Below are positions 10,282 to 20,217 of a stretch of DNA of 64,000 nucleotides, one piece after another (position 1 is the first letter of the stretch; each line of letters opens with the position of its first letter). Both the position numbers and the translations under genes were made by a program. The stretch comes from Candidatus Delongbacteria bacterium (GTDB lineage: Bacteria > CAIWAD01), in the NCBI GenBank assembly GCA_963663545.1, contig OY760505.1:3520001-3584000 (forward strand). The letters are read 5' to 3'. The notes below the pieces were generated by a model. It searched no databases. It was not told the DNA's origin and was given only the letters and a program-made list of their open reading frames with translations.

Positions 10282-11288
10282 TCCTGCTCGGCATCGAAAG
10301 CTCCTGCGACGAAACCGCAGCCGCCGTGATACGCGGCAACGAAGTCCTTTCCAGCGTGGTTTCCACTCAGCTTATACATCAACAGTGGGGCGGCGTGGTG
10401 CCCGAGCTGGCTAGTCGCGAGCATCTACGCGTGATACAGCCTGTTGTGACACAGGCTTTACGTGATGCTGGCGTGGACCACGCCGATCTGCAGGCCTTGG
10501 CAGCCACCCGCGGTCCTGGTCTGTTGGGAAGCCTGCTGGTGGGCTACCATTACGCCAAGGGGCTGGCGCTGGCGCTGCAAGTTCCCTTTCTTGGCGTGAA
10601 TCACATGGAAGGCCACATCTACGCCAACTTCACCGATGAAGAAGAGCCTGTGCTGCCCGCGCTGGTACTGGTGGTCAGCGGAGGTCACACGCAATTGGTG
10701 CTGATGCCCGCGCCTCGCGAGTATCACATCATCGGCGAGACCATCGACGACGCCGTCGGTGAGTGCTTCGACAAAGTGTCGCAGCTCTTGGAGCTGGGCT
10801 ATCCCGGCGGTCCTGCCATCAGTCGGGAGGCGGAAGGCGGCGATCCGCGTGCGGTGGATTTCCCCATTGCCTTGCGTGGACGCGAGGGCTTCGATTTCTC
10901 CTTCAGCGGACTCAAAACCGCCGTGCTCAACCATTTGCGCGCCCTGAGCGAAGAGGAACGGATCAGCAGACGCGCCGATATCTGCGCTTCTTTCCAGGCT
11001 ACTGCTGTGGCTGCCTTGGTGCGACAGACACAACGTGCGGTAGACCATTACAACGTACGTACGCTGATTCTGGCAGGAGGCGTAGCGGCCAACGGGCTTC
11101 TGCGCGAGGATTTGACGCGGCTCTATCCCGCCGGGACACTGGATCTGCACTTACCCGAGCGCGCTTACTGCACCGACAATGCGGTCATGATTGCGCGCGC
11201 CGCCCACGGACGACTGTCCCGCGGTGAACGCAGCGAGTTGGGGCTGGACGCCACTCCGCGCATGCGCCTGGGTGAGGAGCGCGCGTGA
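10278..11288 (+). CDS. tsaD: tRNA N6-adenosine threonylcarbamoyltransferase
   Basis: LGIESSCDET, HMEGH, VSGGHT, FSFSGLKT and CTDNA motifs. Confidence 0.97.
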   Translation: MILLGIESSCDETAAAVIRGNEVLSSVVSTQLIHQQWGGVVPELASREHLRVIQPVVTQALRDAGVDHADLQALAATRGPGLLGSLLVGYHYAKGLALALQVPFLGVNHMEGHIYANFTDEEEPVLPALVLVVSGGHTQLVLMPAPREYHIIGETIDDAVGECFDKVSQLLELGYPGGPAISREAEGGDPRAVDFPIALRGREGFDFSFSGLKTAVLNHLRALSEEERISRRADICASFQATAVAALVRQTQRAVDHYNVRTLILAGGVAANGLLREDLTRLYPAGTLDLHLPERAYCTDNAVMIARAAHGRLSRGERSELGLDATPRMRLGEERA

Positions 11289-13417
11289 TGCAGGACTTTG
11301 TGCTCAGTTTGGGGGCCTGGTGGCCGCTGCTGCTCCTGCCCCTCGCGATTTGGATCACAATTCGCAGCTATGCCGTGACACGTCCGCAGCCGGTCGGGAT
11401 GCTGAAGCGCCTGTTACCCGCGCTGCGGCTGCTGACCTTTCTTGCGGTCATCGTGCTGGCCTGCCGTCTGCGACTGGGCTGGCAGGAAGTACACCAGGAG
11501 CCCGCGCGACTTGCCGTACTCTTTGATAACAGTGCCAGCATGCCCTTTGTGGAAGCGCGCACGGAGGTGGATTGGTACGCGGATCTTGCACGCTCTCTGC
11601 CGGAAATGGAGCTGGAATGCTGGGCTTTTGGCGATAGCCTGTATCCGCTGAAGACGCCACAGGAATTGCACTTTGACGAAGGCCTGAGTAATCCGGCAGC
11701 CGCACTGCGGCAGCTGAGCGAAGATGCGCGCGTGCGCCCGCTGAGCGGCGTGCTGCTGGTGAGCGATGGTACGCTGAGCAGCGGCAACTGGCCGGTGGAA
11801 ACCGCCAGACGCGCACCTTTCCGCACCTGGGTTGCGGTCAGCGGCAGGCGCCAGCCACCGGCAGATCTGCAACTTCGGCGTATCACGGCCAACAGCCCCG
11901 CGCGAGTGGGATTGAGCGAGCCGGTGCAGGTGGAAGTGGGCGCACATGGCCTTGAAGGACACCGGGTTCGCGTCGAGCTACTTGCCGCAGGAAAGCGTGT
12001 GGCTGATCGAGAGTTCACCTTGGGCGCCGATGGCGCTTTTCAGGAAGCCGTCTTTGACTGGGTGCCCGATCAAACCGGAACGAGCGTTCTGAGCGCGCGA
12101 GCCAGCCTGCTGGAGCGTGAACCACAGGAAAGCAGCCAGGACAACAACCAGCGCAGCCTTCATGTAAAAGTGCGCGAGGCGGCACGCGATCTGCTGCTGC
12201 TGGCCGACCGGCCTTCGGCAGACCTGGGCTTTGTCACACGCACACTGCAGGCACAGGACGAGTTTCGTCTGCACAAGCTGCTGCCACAGGAGCCTGGGGG
12301 ACGTGTATCACCAGCGGAAGTCGAAGCCGCCGTGAGCGAGGCCGACTTGGTTGTGATGCTGGACTGGCCGCGCCGTGATACACCGGTGGAGGAGTGGCAG
12401 GCACTACGTCCGCTGCTGGCCCGCAAACCGCTCTTTGTCTGTGCCGGATCGGACCTGGACCTGCAGCGGCTTTCGGGCCTATTGCCGGTGACGGGTTCCT
12501 CCCCGCTGCGTAAATCAGAGCCGGGCGGCGTGAAAGCCGAGAGCGTGCACCCCGTGTTGGGTGAAGAAGTTCTGCTGCGTGATCTAAGCGCCGTCTGGGA
12601 GGCCATGCCGCCCATTCTGTTCCCCAGGCCGGAGCTGCTACCGGTGGGCGACGCGCGCGTGCTGCTGCGTCGAAGTGATACGGCAGGAACGCCTGTGTTG
12701 GTACTTGGCGATGCGGCGGGAGTGCGCCGGGCTTGTCTGGGAGCAGAGAATTTCTGGCGCTGGGAGATCGGCAGTCAGCTCAGTCTGGGCGAGAACACCC
12801 GTGCGCAGGACTGGCTGCTGGCGCAATTGCGCTGGCTGGATGCCGGCGAAGAACTGCATCTGCTTAGCGTGCAGGCCGATCGTGAGGTGCTTAGCGTCGG
12901 CGACGAAGTGCGTTTCAGCGCGCGCTTGCGAGAGGAAGATGGTCATCCGCGCGGGGGAGCTTCACTGAATCTGGAGTTGATCGACAGCAGTGGCGTGATT
13001 CAGCGGCTGCCCATGCTTCCCGCTGATGCAGGCGAGTATCACACTGCGGCGCGCATCGCCAGAGCCGGTGCCTGGCGCTGGCGGGTGAGCGCCAGCGAGG
13101 GCGATCGCCGCGTGCTGGCGGACAGCGGCCTGGTGACGGTGGAAACCTTCAGCCCCGAACAGCTAGCACTGACGGCGGACGTGAACCTGGCGGCGCAGAT
13201 CGCGGCGGCCGGTGGCGGAAGTCTGATCGACCTGGACCGTGATACAGCGCGGGATTCTTTGGCGCGCGGTCTGAGCTTCGCGGATCTGGACCGCAGCCCG
13301 CGGGTCTCGACGCGCCCCCACGAACTACACCTGGTGGATCAGCTCTGGCTGCTCTATGCGCTGCTGGGCTTACTAGCGGTGGAATGGTTGTTGCGCCGTT
13401 TGTGGGGTCTCTTGTAA
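11285..13417 (+). CDS. membrane-anchored vWA-like/Ig-like domain protein
   Basis: N- and C-terminal TMs, LFDNSASM and LVSDG MIDAS-like motifs, EWLLRR terminus. Confidence 0.7.
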   Translation: MMQDFVLSLGAWWPLLLLPLAIWITIRSYAVTRPQPVGMLKRLLPALRLLTFLAVIVLACRLRLGWQEVHQEPARLAVLFDNSASMPFVEARTEVDWYADLARSLPEMELECWAFGDSLYPLKTPQELHFDEGLSNPAAALRQLSEDARVRPLSGVLLVSDGTLSSGNWPVETARRAPFRTWVAVSGRRQPPADLQLRRITANSPARVGLSEPVQVEVGAHGLEGHRVRVELLAAGKRVADREFTLGADGAFQEAVFDWVPDQTGTSVLSARASLLEREPQESSQDNNQRSLHVKVREAARDLLLLADRPSADLGFVTRTLQAQDEFRLHKLLPQEPGGRVSPAEVEAAVSEADLVVMLDWPRRDTPVEEWQALRPLLARKPLFVCAGSDLDLQRLSGLLPVTGSSPLRKSEPGGVKAESVHPVLGEEVLLRDLSAVWEAMPPILFPRPELLPVGDARVLLRRSDTAGTPVLVLGDAAGVRRACLGAENFWRWEIGSQLSLGENTRAQDWLLAQLRWLDAGEELHLLSVQADREVLSVGDEVRFSARLREEDGHPRGGASLNLELIDSSGVIQRLPMLPADAGEYHTAARIARAGAWRWRVSASEGDRRVLADSGLVTVETFSPEQLALTADVNLAAQIAAAGGGSLIDLDRDTARDSLARGLSFADLDRSPRVSTRPHELHLVDQLWLLYALLGLLAVEWLLRRLWGLL

Positions 13418-13627
13418 CACGGCAATGAATTCTTTGTGCGCGGTATGGACTTCGCACTGTGATACGCGCAGGAACCGGAGAATGCGAAGGTCCTGCGAAA
13501 GCGCCTGGGACGCGCACCCGCGAGGCGCGGACAGGCGCGAGCCCGATCGGGATTCTTCTTGTGCTTCCTTCTGCGTGCGCGAATCGAGCTCAGTACCTGG
13601 TGATAAAGTGAGAGTAGCGAGGCGAAG

Positions 13628-14098
13628 ATGGCTGTGGAAATCGAACGTCGCTTTTTTGTGCGCGGAGACGACTGGCGCGGGGGGCCTGAGCCGCAGCATC
13701 TGCGTCAGGGCTATTTCTGTAGCGAGAGCCTGCTCACTTGGCGCGTGCGCCTGAGTCTGAGGTGTCGCGAAGCCTGGTTTACCGTCAAAGCGCCGGGTGA
13801 CGGTCTCAGCCGCCCCGAATATGAGTGGTCCATTCCCTTTGCGGACGCGCAGGAGCTCATCGTCTACTGCGAGGATCGCGTGGTGGAGAAGCTGCGCTAC
13901 ACGCGCGAGCACGCCGGTCGCGTGTGGGTCATCGATGAGTTTCTGGAGCTGAACGCGGGACTGCTGCTGGCCGAGGTGGAGTTGGAAGCGCCCGACGCCC
14001 ACGTGGAACTGCCACCCTGGGCGAGCACTGAAATCACCGGCCGCCCGGGGCTGAGCAATCTGGCGCTGGCGCTGGAGCCCTGGACAGGGCGCAAGTAG
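13628..14098 (+). CDS. CYTH-domain protein
   Basis: EIERRF, RQGY, EYE, EKLRY and AEVEL motifs. Confidence 0.85.
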   Translation: MAVEIERRFFVRGDDWRGGPEPQHLRQGYFCSESLLTWRVRLSLRCREAWFTVKAPGDGLSRPEYEWSIPFADAQELIVYCEDRVVEKLRYTREHAGRVWVIDEFLELNAGLLLAEVELEAPDAHVELPPWASTEITGRPGLSNLALALEPWTGRK

Positions 14099-14198
14099 CG
14101 GGACGCAGAAATCAGCATTCAGAGGATGGGTCCAGATCGTCAGTCCGTTTAGACCGAGTTACATTAGACTATCGCTGTGATCGTTTCTGGAGGTTGAG

Positions 14199-15674
14199 AT
14201 GTACAAGTGTATTGACCCTCTGCCCGAGAACGCGGGAGACATGAATGATCGGGAGTTGAGCGCACTCAAATCGGTATGGCACGAGAGAAAGCAGGAGCTC
14301 GAAAAAGAGAATGCTCTTGAGTTGTTTCTTGTGAAGTTGCACCGTGAATGGGCGATCGAAACAGGTATCATTGAGCGATTGTATCAATGGGATAGGGGCG
14401 TTACACAAGTACTGATCGAGCAAGGGATTGATGCTTCTCTGATTGCTCACAAGGGTGGCCTGAGCAAAGCTGATGCGGACAATGTAAGCGATATCATCAA
14501 GGACCAGCTAAGCATTGTCGAGGGTCTGTTTACCTTTGTCAAGAGAGAACAGCCTCTTACCGAGCATTTCATACGCAGCCTGCAGCAGCAGTTTACCGCT
14601 CATCAGCGCACAACTGAAGCCCTGGACCAGTTTGGTAATAGAATGCAAGTGGACATTCTTAGGGGGCAGTACAAGATAAGACCGAATAATCCAAAGAGAC
14701 CTGACGGCGAAACTCACGAGTACTGTCCTCCGGAGCTAGTCCCTCAAGAAATGCAAAGACTTGTCCAGATCTATAGGGAACATGAAGATAGCTTCGCTCC
14801 AGAAGTCCTGTCTGCATGGTTGCACCATCGCTTCACGCAGATCCATCCATTTCAAGATGGGAACGGGAGAGTTGCCAGAACGCTTGCTTCTCTTGTGTTC
14901 CTGCGTGATGGGCTGTTTCCCGTAGTAGTGCGTGATTCTGATAGACGAGAATACATCGAAGCACTCGAGACGGCAGATGCGGGTGATCTTTCAAAGCTTG
15001 TTTCGCTCTTTGTGAAGAGGCAGCGCCAATCGCTCCTTTCTGCAATTGGGCTAGAGCAGCAAGTTCAACAGCAGACTTATGTAGATGATATTATTCGCTC
15101 CGGAGCAATGGCGTTAAGGGAGAGGGAATCACGGCAAGTTGAGAGCATTGACAGAGTCTACAAGAATGCAGACGAGCTTCAGAGCACCACCTTTACAAGG
15201 CTGACAGAAATTGCCAACGATCTAACAAGCCAGATAGCAGACATTGGATCCAACCGTGGGCGAGAATACTCTGCATTTGCTGACAAGTCGCTGTCGAATG
15301 AAGAGCGTAGTAACTACTACTACGCCCAGATTGTGGATACAGCAAAGCGCTTTGAATACTACGCCAACTTAGATGTGTACAAATCGTGGTCACATCTGTG
15401 CATTAAAACTGAGAGCAAATTCCACCTCGTGATTAGCATTCATGGATACGGTTTTGGCAAGAGCGGTGTCCTTGCAGCATCGGCATGCACATTTAGGCGG
15501 CTGGTCTCGGATGACAACAGGGCCGAAATTGTCGATTTGTCCCCGAGTATAACCGATTTCTTTCAGTTCAATTATGCTGAACAGGAACAGGGGATTGCTG
15601 CTAGGTACAAGGAATGGCTTGAGGTAGCTTGTGCAATTGCTCTTTCCGAGTGGAAGCGCACGCTAAACCCATAG
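14199..15674 (+). CDS. Fic-family protein with C-terminal extension
   Basis: HPFQDGNGRVAR motif; lower GC than flanks. Confidence 0.88.
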   Translation: MYKCIDPLPENAGDMNDRELSALKSVWHERKQELEKENALELFLVKLHREWAIETGIIERLYQWDRGVTQVLIEQGIDASLIAHKGGLSKADADNVSDIIKDQLSIVEGLFTFVKREQPLTEHFIRSLQQQFTAHQRTTEALDQFGNRMQVDILRGQYKIRPNNPKRPDGETHEYCPPELVPQEMQRLVQIYREHEDSFAPEVLSAWLHHRFTQIHPFQDGNGRVARTLASLVFLRDGLFPVVVRDSDRREYIEALETADAGDLSKLVSLFVKRQRQSLLSAIGLEQQVQQQTYVDDIIRSGAMALRERESRQVESIDRVYKNADELQSTTFTRLTEIANDLTSQIADIGSNRGREYSAFADKSLSNEERSNYYYAQIVDTAKRFEYYANLDVYKSWSHLCIKTESKFHLVISIHGYGFGKSGVLAASACTFRRLVSDDNRAEIVDLSPSITDFFQFNYAEQEQGIAARYKEWLEVACAIALSEWKRTLNP

Positions 15675-15894
15675 GGAGTTAGCAGCCAATCACCAGGAGT
15701 GGAAGGTAAAAACCTGCCCACCTCTATCTTTTACCAATGCCTATCGCTAAACTGATCGGTTTTTCGAAGAGAACTCAGCCTGGACCCCGCTTTCCGTTGG
15801 AGTGGGATCGGCTGTATCGTGACAGTAGCTGTTCGGAGCAAGGTCCTTCGGGGCCCGTGTCTCCTCATAAGAAGCAATTGGGAGTGCGAGACGC

Positions 15895-17439
15895 ATGAAT
15901 CCCGGCATCGACAAACTGCGCAACAAGCGCGAGCAGGCCATGCAGGGCGGCGGTCCCAAGAGGATCGAGGCCCAGCACGCCAAGGGTAAGCTCACCGCCC
16001 GCGAACGTGTGCTCAAACTGCTGGATGATGGCAGCTTTGAGGAATTGGACATGTTCAAGTCCCACCGCTGCACCGCTTTCGGGTTGGAACAGCAGCAGTT
16101 CCTGGGGGACGGTGTGGTGACCGGTTCCGGCACCATTGATGGTCGTCTGGTCTTTGTGTTCAGCCAGGACTTCACCGTACTGGGGGGCAGCCTTTCCGAG
16201 ACCTTCGCCGAGAAGATCTGCAAGATCATGGACATGGCCCTCAAGGTGGGTGCGCCGGTCATCGGTCTTAACGATTCCGGTGGTGCGCGTATCCAGGAAG
16301 GCATCGAGAGCCTGGCCGGCTACGCCTACATTTTCCAGAAGAACGTGATGGCTTCCGGTGTGGTGCCGCAGATCTCCGCGATCATGGGACCCTGCGCCGG
16401 TGGTGCCGTCTACAGTCCTGCGCTGACCGATGCCATTGTGATGGTCAAGAAGACCTCCACCATGTACGTCACCGGTCCCAAGGTGGTCAAGGCCGTTACA
16501 AGCGAAGAGCTGACGGACGAGGAGCTGGGTGGCGCCATGGTGCACGCGGCCAAGTCCGGTGTGGTGCATTACGCCGCCGACGACGAGGACGAAGCGCTGA
16601 TGCTGATCCGCAAGCTCATCAGCTACCTGCCGCAGAACAACATGGAAGAGCCCCCGGTGATCACCTGCGGCGACCCCGTTGACCGCGAATGCACCATGCT
16701 CAACGACTTCGTGCCCGAGAATCCCAACAAGCCCTACGATATGAAGGAAATCATTCGTGAGCTGGTGGACGGACACGAGTTCCTGGAGCAGCAGCAGTAT
16801 TACGCGCCCAACATCATCACCGGTTTTGCGCGCTTCAACGGTCGCAGTGTGGGCATTGTGGCCAACCAGCCCAGCTATCTGGCCGGTGTGCTGGACAACG
16901 CCTGCTCGATGAAGGCCGCGCGCTTCGTGCGCTTCTGCGACGCCTTCAACATTCCGCTGGTCACCTTCGTGGACGTGCCGGGCTTCCTGCCGGGTTCGAG
17001 CCAGGAATACGGCGGCATCATCAAGAACGGCGCCAAGCTGCTCTACGCCTACTGCGAAGCCACCGTGCCCAAGATCACCCTGATCACCCGCAAAGCCTAC
17101 GGCGGCGCCTACGACGTGATGAGCTCCAAGCACATTCGCGGCGACGTGAACTACGCCTGGCCGACGGCTGAGATTGCCGTGATGGGTGGCAAGGGCGCTG
17201 TGCAGATCCTTTATGGTAAGGAAGCCGCCAAGCAGGAAGATGCCAACGCTTTCCTCGCTGAGAAGGAGAAGGAGTACGTCGATCAGTTCGCCAACCCCTA
17301 CGTGGCTGCCGGACGCGGTTATGTCGACGACGTGATTGAACCGGCCCAGACGCGCTTCCGCATCATCCGTGCCCTGGAGATGTGTGCCAGCAAGCGGGAC
17401 AGCAACCCGCCCAAGAAGCACGGCAACATTCCCCTGTAA
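15895..17439 (+). CDS. mmdA: acyl-CoA carboxyltransferase, methylmalonyl-CoA decarboxylase alpha type
   Basis: [31 protein letters not shown] and KKHGNIPL motifs. Confidence 0.88.
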   Translation: MNPGIDKLRNKREQAMQGGGPKRIEAQHAKGKLTARERVLKLLDDGSFEELDMFKSHRCTAFGLEQQQFLGDGVVTGSGTIDGRLVFVFSQDFTVLGGSLSETFAEKICKIMDMALKVGAPVIGLNDSGGARIQEGIESLAGYAYIFQKNVMASGVVPQISAIMGPCAGGAVYSPALTDAIVMVKKTSTMYVTGPKVVKAVTSEELTDEELGGAMVHAAKSGVVHYAADDEDEALMLIRKLISYLPQNNMEEPPVITCGDPVDRECTMLNDFVPENPNKPYDMKEIIRELVDGHEFLEQQQYYAPNIITGFARFNGRSVGIVANQPSYLAGVLDNACSMKAARFVRFCDAFNIPLVTFVDVPGFLPGSSQEYGGIIKNGAKLLYAYCEATVPKITLITRKAYGGAYDVMSSKHIRGDVNYAWPTAEIAVMGGKGAVQILYGKEAAKQEDANAFLAEKEKEYVDQFANPYVAAGRGYVDDVIEPAQTRFRIIRALEMCASKRDSNPPKKHGNIPL

Positions 17440-17451
17440 GCGGAGGAGAGC

Positions 17452-17925
17452 ATGAAGTCTCTGACAATCCTGCCGCTGCTGCTGAGCGCTACGCCGGTAA
17501 TGGCCTCCGGGCACGAAGAAGCCGAAATGCTGGGTAGCCTGGCGGTCGGTTTTGGCACCGTGTTCATTGGTCTGCTGGCTCTGCTGAGCAGTATGTACAT
17601 CGTGGCAGCCCTGGTGGCCGCTCCGGAGAAGCGTAAAGCGGCCAAAGCAGCGCAGGCGGCTCAGGCAGCCAGCGCGGGTCTTCAGGTTAAGTCGGCACAA
17701 GCGGCTGTGGGCGAGGGTGAACTGGCGGCGATCGCCATGGCCCTGTACCTGCACGATCGTGGCCTGGCCGCCGAGCTGGACCAGCGACTGACCTGGTCGC
17801 AAATGAACAAACCCTTCAGTCCCTGGGTGCAGGACGGCAAGGGAACGATGCACACGCACCGCATCAACCTGCACGCGACCAGCGCCACCGGGCGGATTCC
17901 GCGTCGCAGCGGCGAATCCAAGTAG
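17452..17925 (+). CDS. mmdD: OadG/MmdD-type small membrane subunit
   Basis: TM GFGTVFIGLLALL, Ala-rich linker, AAIAMAL and SPW; operon position. Confidence 0.7.
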   Translation: MKSLTILPLLLSATPVMASGHEEAEMLGSLAVGFGTVFIGLLALLSSMYIVAALVAAPEKRKAAKAAQAAQAASAGLQVKSAQAAVGEGELAAIAMALYLHDRGLAAELDQRLTWSQMNKPFSPWVQDGKGTMHTHRINLHATSATGRIPRRSGESK

Positions 17926-17938
17926 GCAGGAGCCAAGC

Positions 17939-18376
17939 ATGAATACCTATAAGCTTCGCATCGCCGGCGACAATTATGAGGTGAAGATCCTCAGTCGCGA
18001 CGAGAACGTGGCTCGTCTGGCGGTCAACGGCAATGAAGTCGAGGTGGAAATTCTACCCGACGAACGCAAGGTGAGCAAAACGCCCAAGCTGTCCCGTCCT
18101 AGCGTGATCGCGGACACCGTGGCCAAAGAGCCCACTACCGTTCGCCCCAGCGGCGACAAGGGTGCGGGTGTGGTCAAGGCACCGCTGCCCGGTTCGATCT
18201 TCAAGCTGCACGTCAAGGTGGGCGACGAGGTCAAGGCCGGTCAGGTGGTCCTGATCATGGAAGCCATGAAAATGGAGAACGAAATCCACTGCGCCGTTGG
18301 CGGAACCGTCAAGGACCTCCGCATCAAGGAAGGCGACAGCGTGCTCGAAGGTGACACGCTGCTTGTCATCGAGTAG
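17939..18376 (+). CDS. mmdC: biotin carboxyl carrier subunit
   Basis: EAMKMENEI biotinylation motif. Confidence 0.9.
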   Translation: MNTYKLRIAGDNYEVKILSRDENVARLAVNGNEVEVEILPDERKVSKTPKLSRPSVIADTVAKEPTTVRPSGDKGAGVVKAPLPGSIFKLHVKVGDEVKAGQVVLIMEAMKMENEIHCAVGGTVKDLRIKEGDSVLEGDTLLVIE

Positions 18377-18387
18377 GGGGTCTGTGC

Positions 18388-19545
18388 ATGGAGACCATTA
18401 TCAATTATTGGGCCTATACCGGCTTTGCGAACGGAATCCTCGGCAATTACATCATGATTGCTGTGGGTCTGTTCTTTGTCTGGTTGGGCATTTACAAGAA
18501 ATACGAACCGCTATTGCTGGTGCCCATCGGCTTCGGCGTAGTGGTCGGCAACATTCCTTTCCTGCAGGGCCAGTTCATTGGTGTCTACGAAGCCATGATG
18601 CAGGACGACGGCACGATGCGCCGCAGCGTGTTCAACATCCTTTATCAGGGTGTAACACAGGGCGTGTATCCGCCGCTGATCTTCCTGGGCATTGGCGCGA
18701 TGACCGATTTCTCTGCGCTGATCTCCAATCCTAAGTTGGTGCTGCTGGGTGCGGCTGCGCAGATCGGCATCTTCACTACTTTCATCGGCGCCATGCTGCT
18801 GGGCTTTACGGGCGCTGAAGCCGGTGCCATCGGCATCATCGGTGGTGCGGACGGCCCGACGGCCATCTTCTGCAGCTCCATGCTGGCTCCGCACCTGCTG
18901 GGGCCCATCGCCATCGCCGCGTATTCTTACATGGCGCTGGTGCCGGTGATTCAGCCGCCGGTCATGTACCTGCTGACCACCAAGAAAGAGCGCCTGATCA
19001 AGATGAAGGCGCCGCGTCCGGTGCCCAAGACCGAGAAGATCATCTTTCCGATCGCTGGCTTTATTGTGACCACCTTCATCGCACCCAGTGCGCTGAACCT
19101 GCTGGGCATGCTCTTCTTCGGCAACCTGCTGAAGGAAAGCGGCGTGACCGAGCGTCTGGCCAACACCGCGCGTAATGCGATGATCGATTCGGTGACCATT
19201 CTGCTGGGACTGTGCGTGGGCATGAGCACTCAGGCGGACGTGTTCCTGTCGGGCAAGAGTGTGCTGATTTTCGGTCTGGGTGCTGCCAGTTTTGTGGTGG
19301 CCACTGCAGGTGGACTGCTCTTTGCCAAGTTCATGAACCTCTTCCTGAAGGAAGGCAACAAGCTGAATCCGCTGGTGGGTGCGGCAGGTGTGAGCGCGGT
19401 GCCGGATAGTGCCCGCGTGGTGCATCATGTGGGCTCGAAGGCGGATCCGACCAACTTCCTGCTGATGCACGCCATGGGACCGAATGTCGCGGGTGTGATC
19501 GGTAGTGCTATCGCGGCGGGAGTAATGTTGAGTCTGTTGCGCTAG
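18388..19545 (+). CDS. mmdB: Na+-translocating decarboxylase beta subunit
   Basis: EPLLLVPIGFG, GIIGGADGPT and HAMGPNVAGVIGSA motifs. Confidence 0.93.
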   Translation: METIINYWAYTGFANGILGNYIMIAVGLFFVWLGIYKKYEPLLLVPIGFGVVVGNIPFLQGQFIGVYEAMMQDDGTMRRSVFNILYQGVTQGVYPPLIFLGIGAMTDFSALISNPKLVLLGAAAQIGIFTTFIGAMLLGFTGAEAGAIGIIGGADGPTAIFCSSMLAPHLLGPIAIAAYSYMALVPVIQPPVMYLLTTKKERLIKMKAPRPVPKTEKIIFPIAGFIVTTFIAPSALNLLGMLFFGNLLKESGVTERLANTARNAMIDSVTILLGLCVGMSTQADVFLSGKSVLIFGLGAASFVVATAGGLLFAKFMNLFLKEGNKLNPLVGAAGVSAVPDSARVVHHVGSKADPTNFLLMHAMGPNVAGVIGSAIAAGVMLSLLR

Positions 19546-19560
19546 CCGCGCGGGCTTCTG

Positions 19561-19592
19561 ATCGGTATCGCTATCGGTATCGGTATCGAGTC
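19561..19592. repeat. ATCGGT hexamer run
   Basis: atcggt atcgct atcggt atcggt atcgag. Confidence 0.8.
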
Positions 19593-19610
19593 TTGTTCGA
19601 GATTTACTAG

Positions 19611-19640
19611 GAGCGGGAGAAATCCCGCTCTTTCTTTTTT
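19611..19640 (+). terminator. terminator of the mmd operon
   Basis: GAGCGGGA-GAAA-TCCCGCTC followed by a T run. Confidence 0.85.
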
Positions 19641-19715
19641 CCTGCGGAAGGCAGCCCATGCGGGGAGCTCTCTCCGCCTGGCGGCGGGCTTACGCTGGCG
19701 CTATGCCGAAGGTCT

Positions 19716-19750
19716 CCTACTTTTCTTTGTGGCGACAAAGAAAAAGTAGG
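19716..19750. repeat. intergenic palindrome
   Basis: CCTACTTTTCTTTGT-GGCG-ACAAAGAAAAAGTAGG. Confidence 0.6.
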
Positions 19751-20217
19751 GCAAAAGAAAACACTCATTTCCCGACCAGAGGACAGTTGACCGCTGGTCA
19801 ACTGCCGCTGGCGGGTGGGGTGGACCTTCAGTAATGTTTGGTTCATTTGTTCCGACCTTCGGTCGTCACCAATGGCCTGACGGCCATGTTGTGATAGGCT
19901 TGCTGTGGGGTAGGCTTGCTGTTATGCCTCTGCTGCGCAGGGCTTTCTGGATAGAGAGCCCTGAATGCTCTCGTGTCTCATGTAAGAGCTGTGTTACACT
20001 CTCCAAAATGTACCTTCATGTAAGTCATGCTGGCGGCTCGCACTACGCGCTAAGAGGCTACCTTACAACGCCGCCGAACTGTGGAGCGATCGAAGTCCCC
20101 CTCTACGCGAGCAGAAGGTGCCTTCGATCCCCTGATTCTGCTGGATGTGCCTGTGCGGGGGGCTGCTTTCCTGCTTGAGCCGGACCTCGGCGCTTCTGTC
20201 TGCGAAAGGTATGCGCA

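Noticed and set aside
15865..17940. 691-aa minus-strand ORF and similar long antisense ORFs (18511-19659, 57722-59050, 44840-46036)
   Set aside because: Shadows of well-supported genes on the opposite strand in GC-rich DNA
20070..20135. attC-like GCCGAAC plus hairpin before the kinase
   Set aside because: No matching GTT core at a suitable distance
19834..20178. 114-aa ORF before the kinase
   Set aside because: No RBS or recognisable motif; likely spurious
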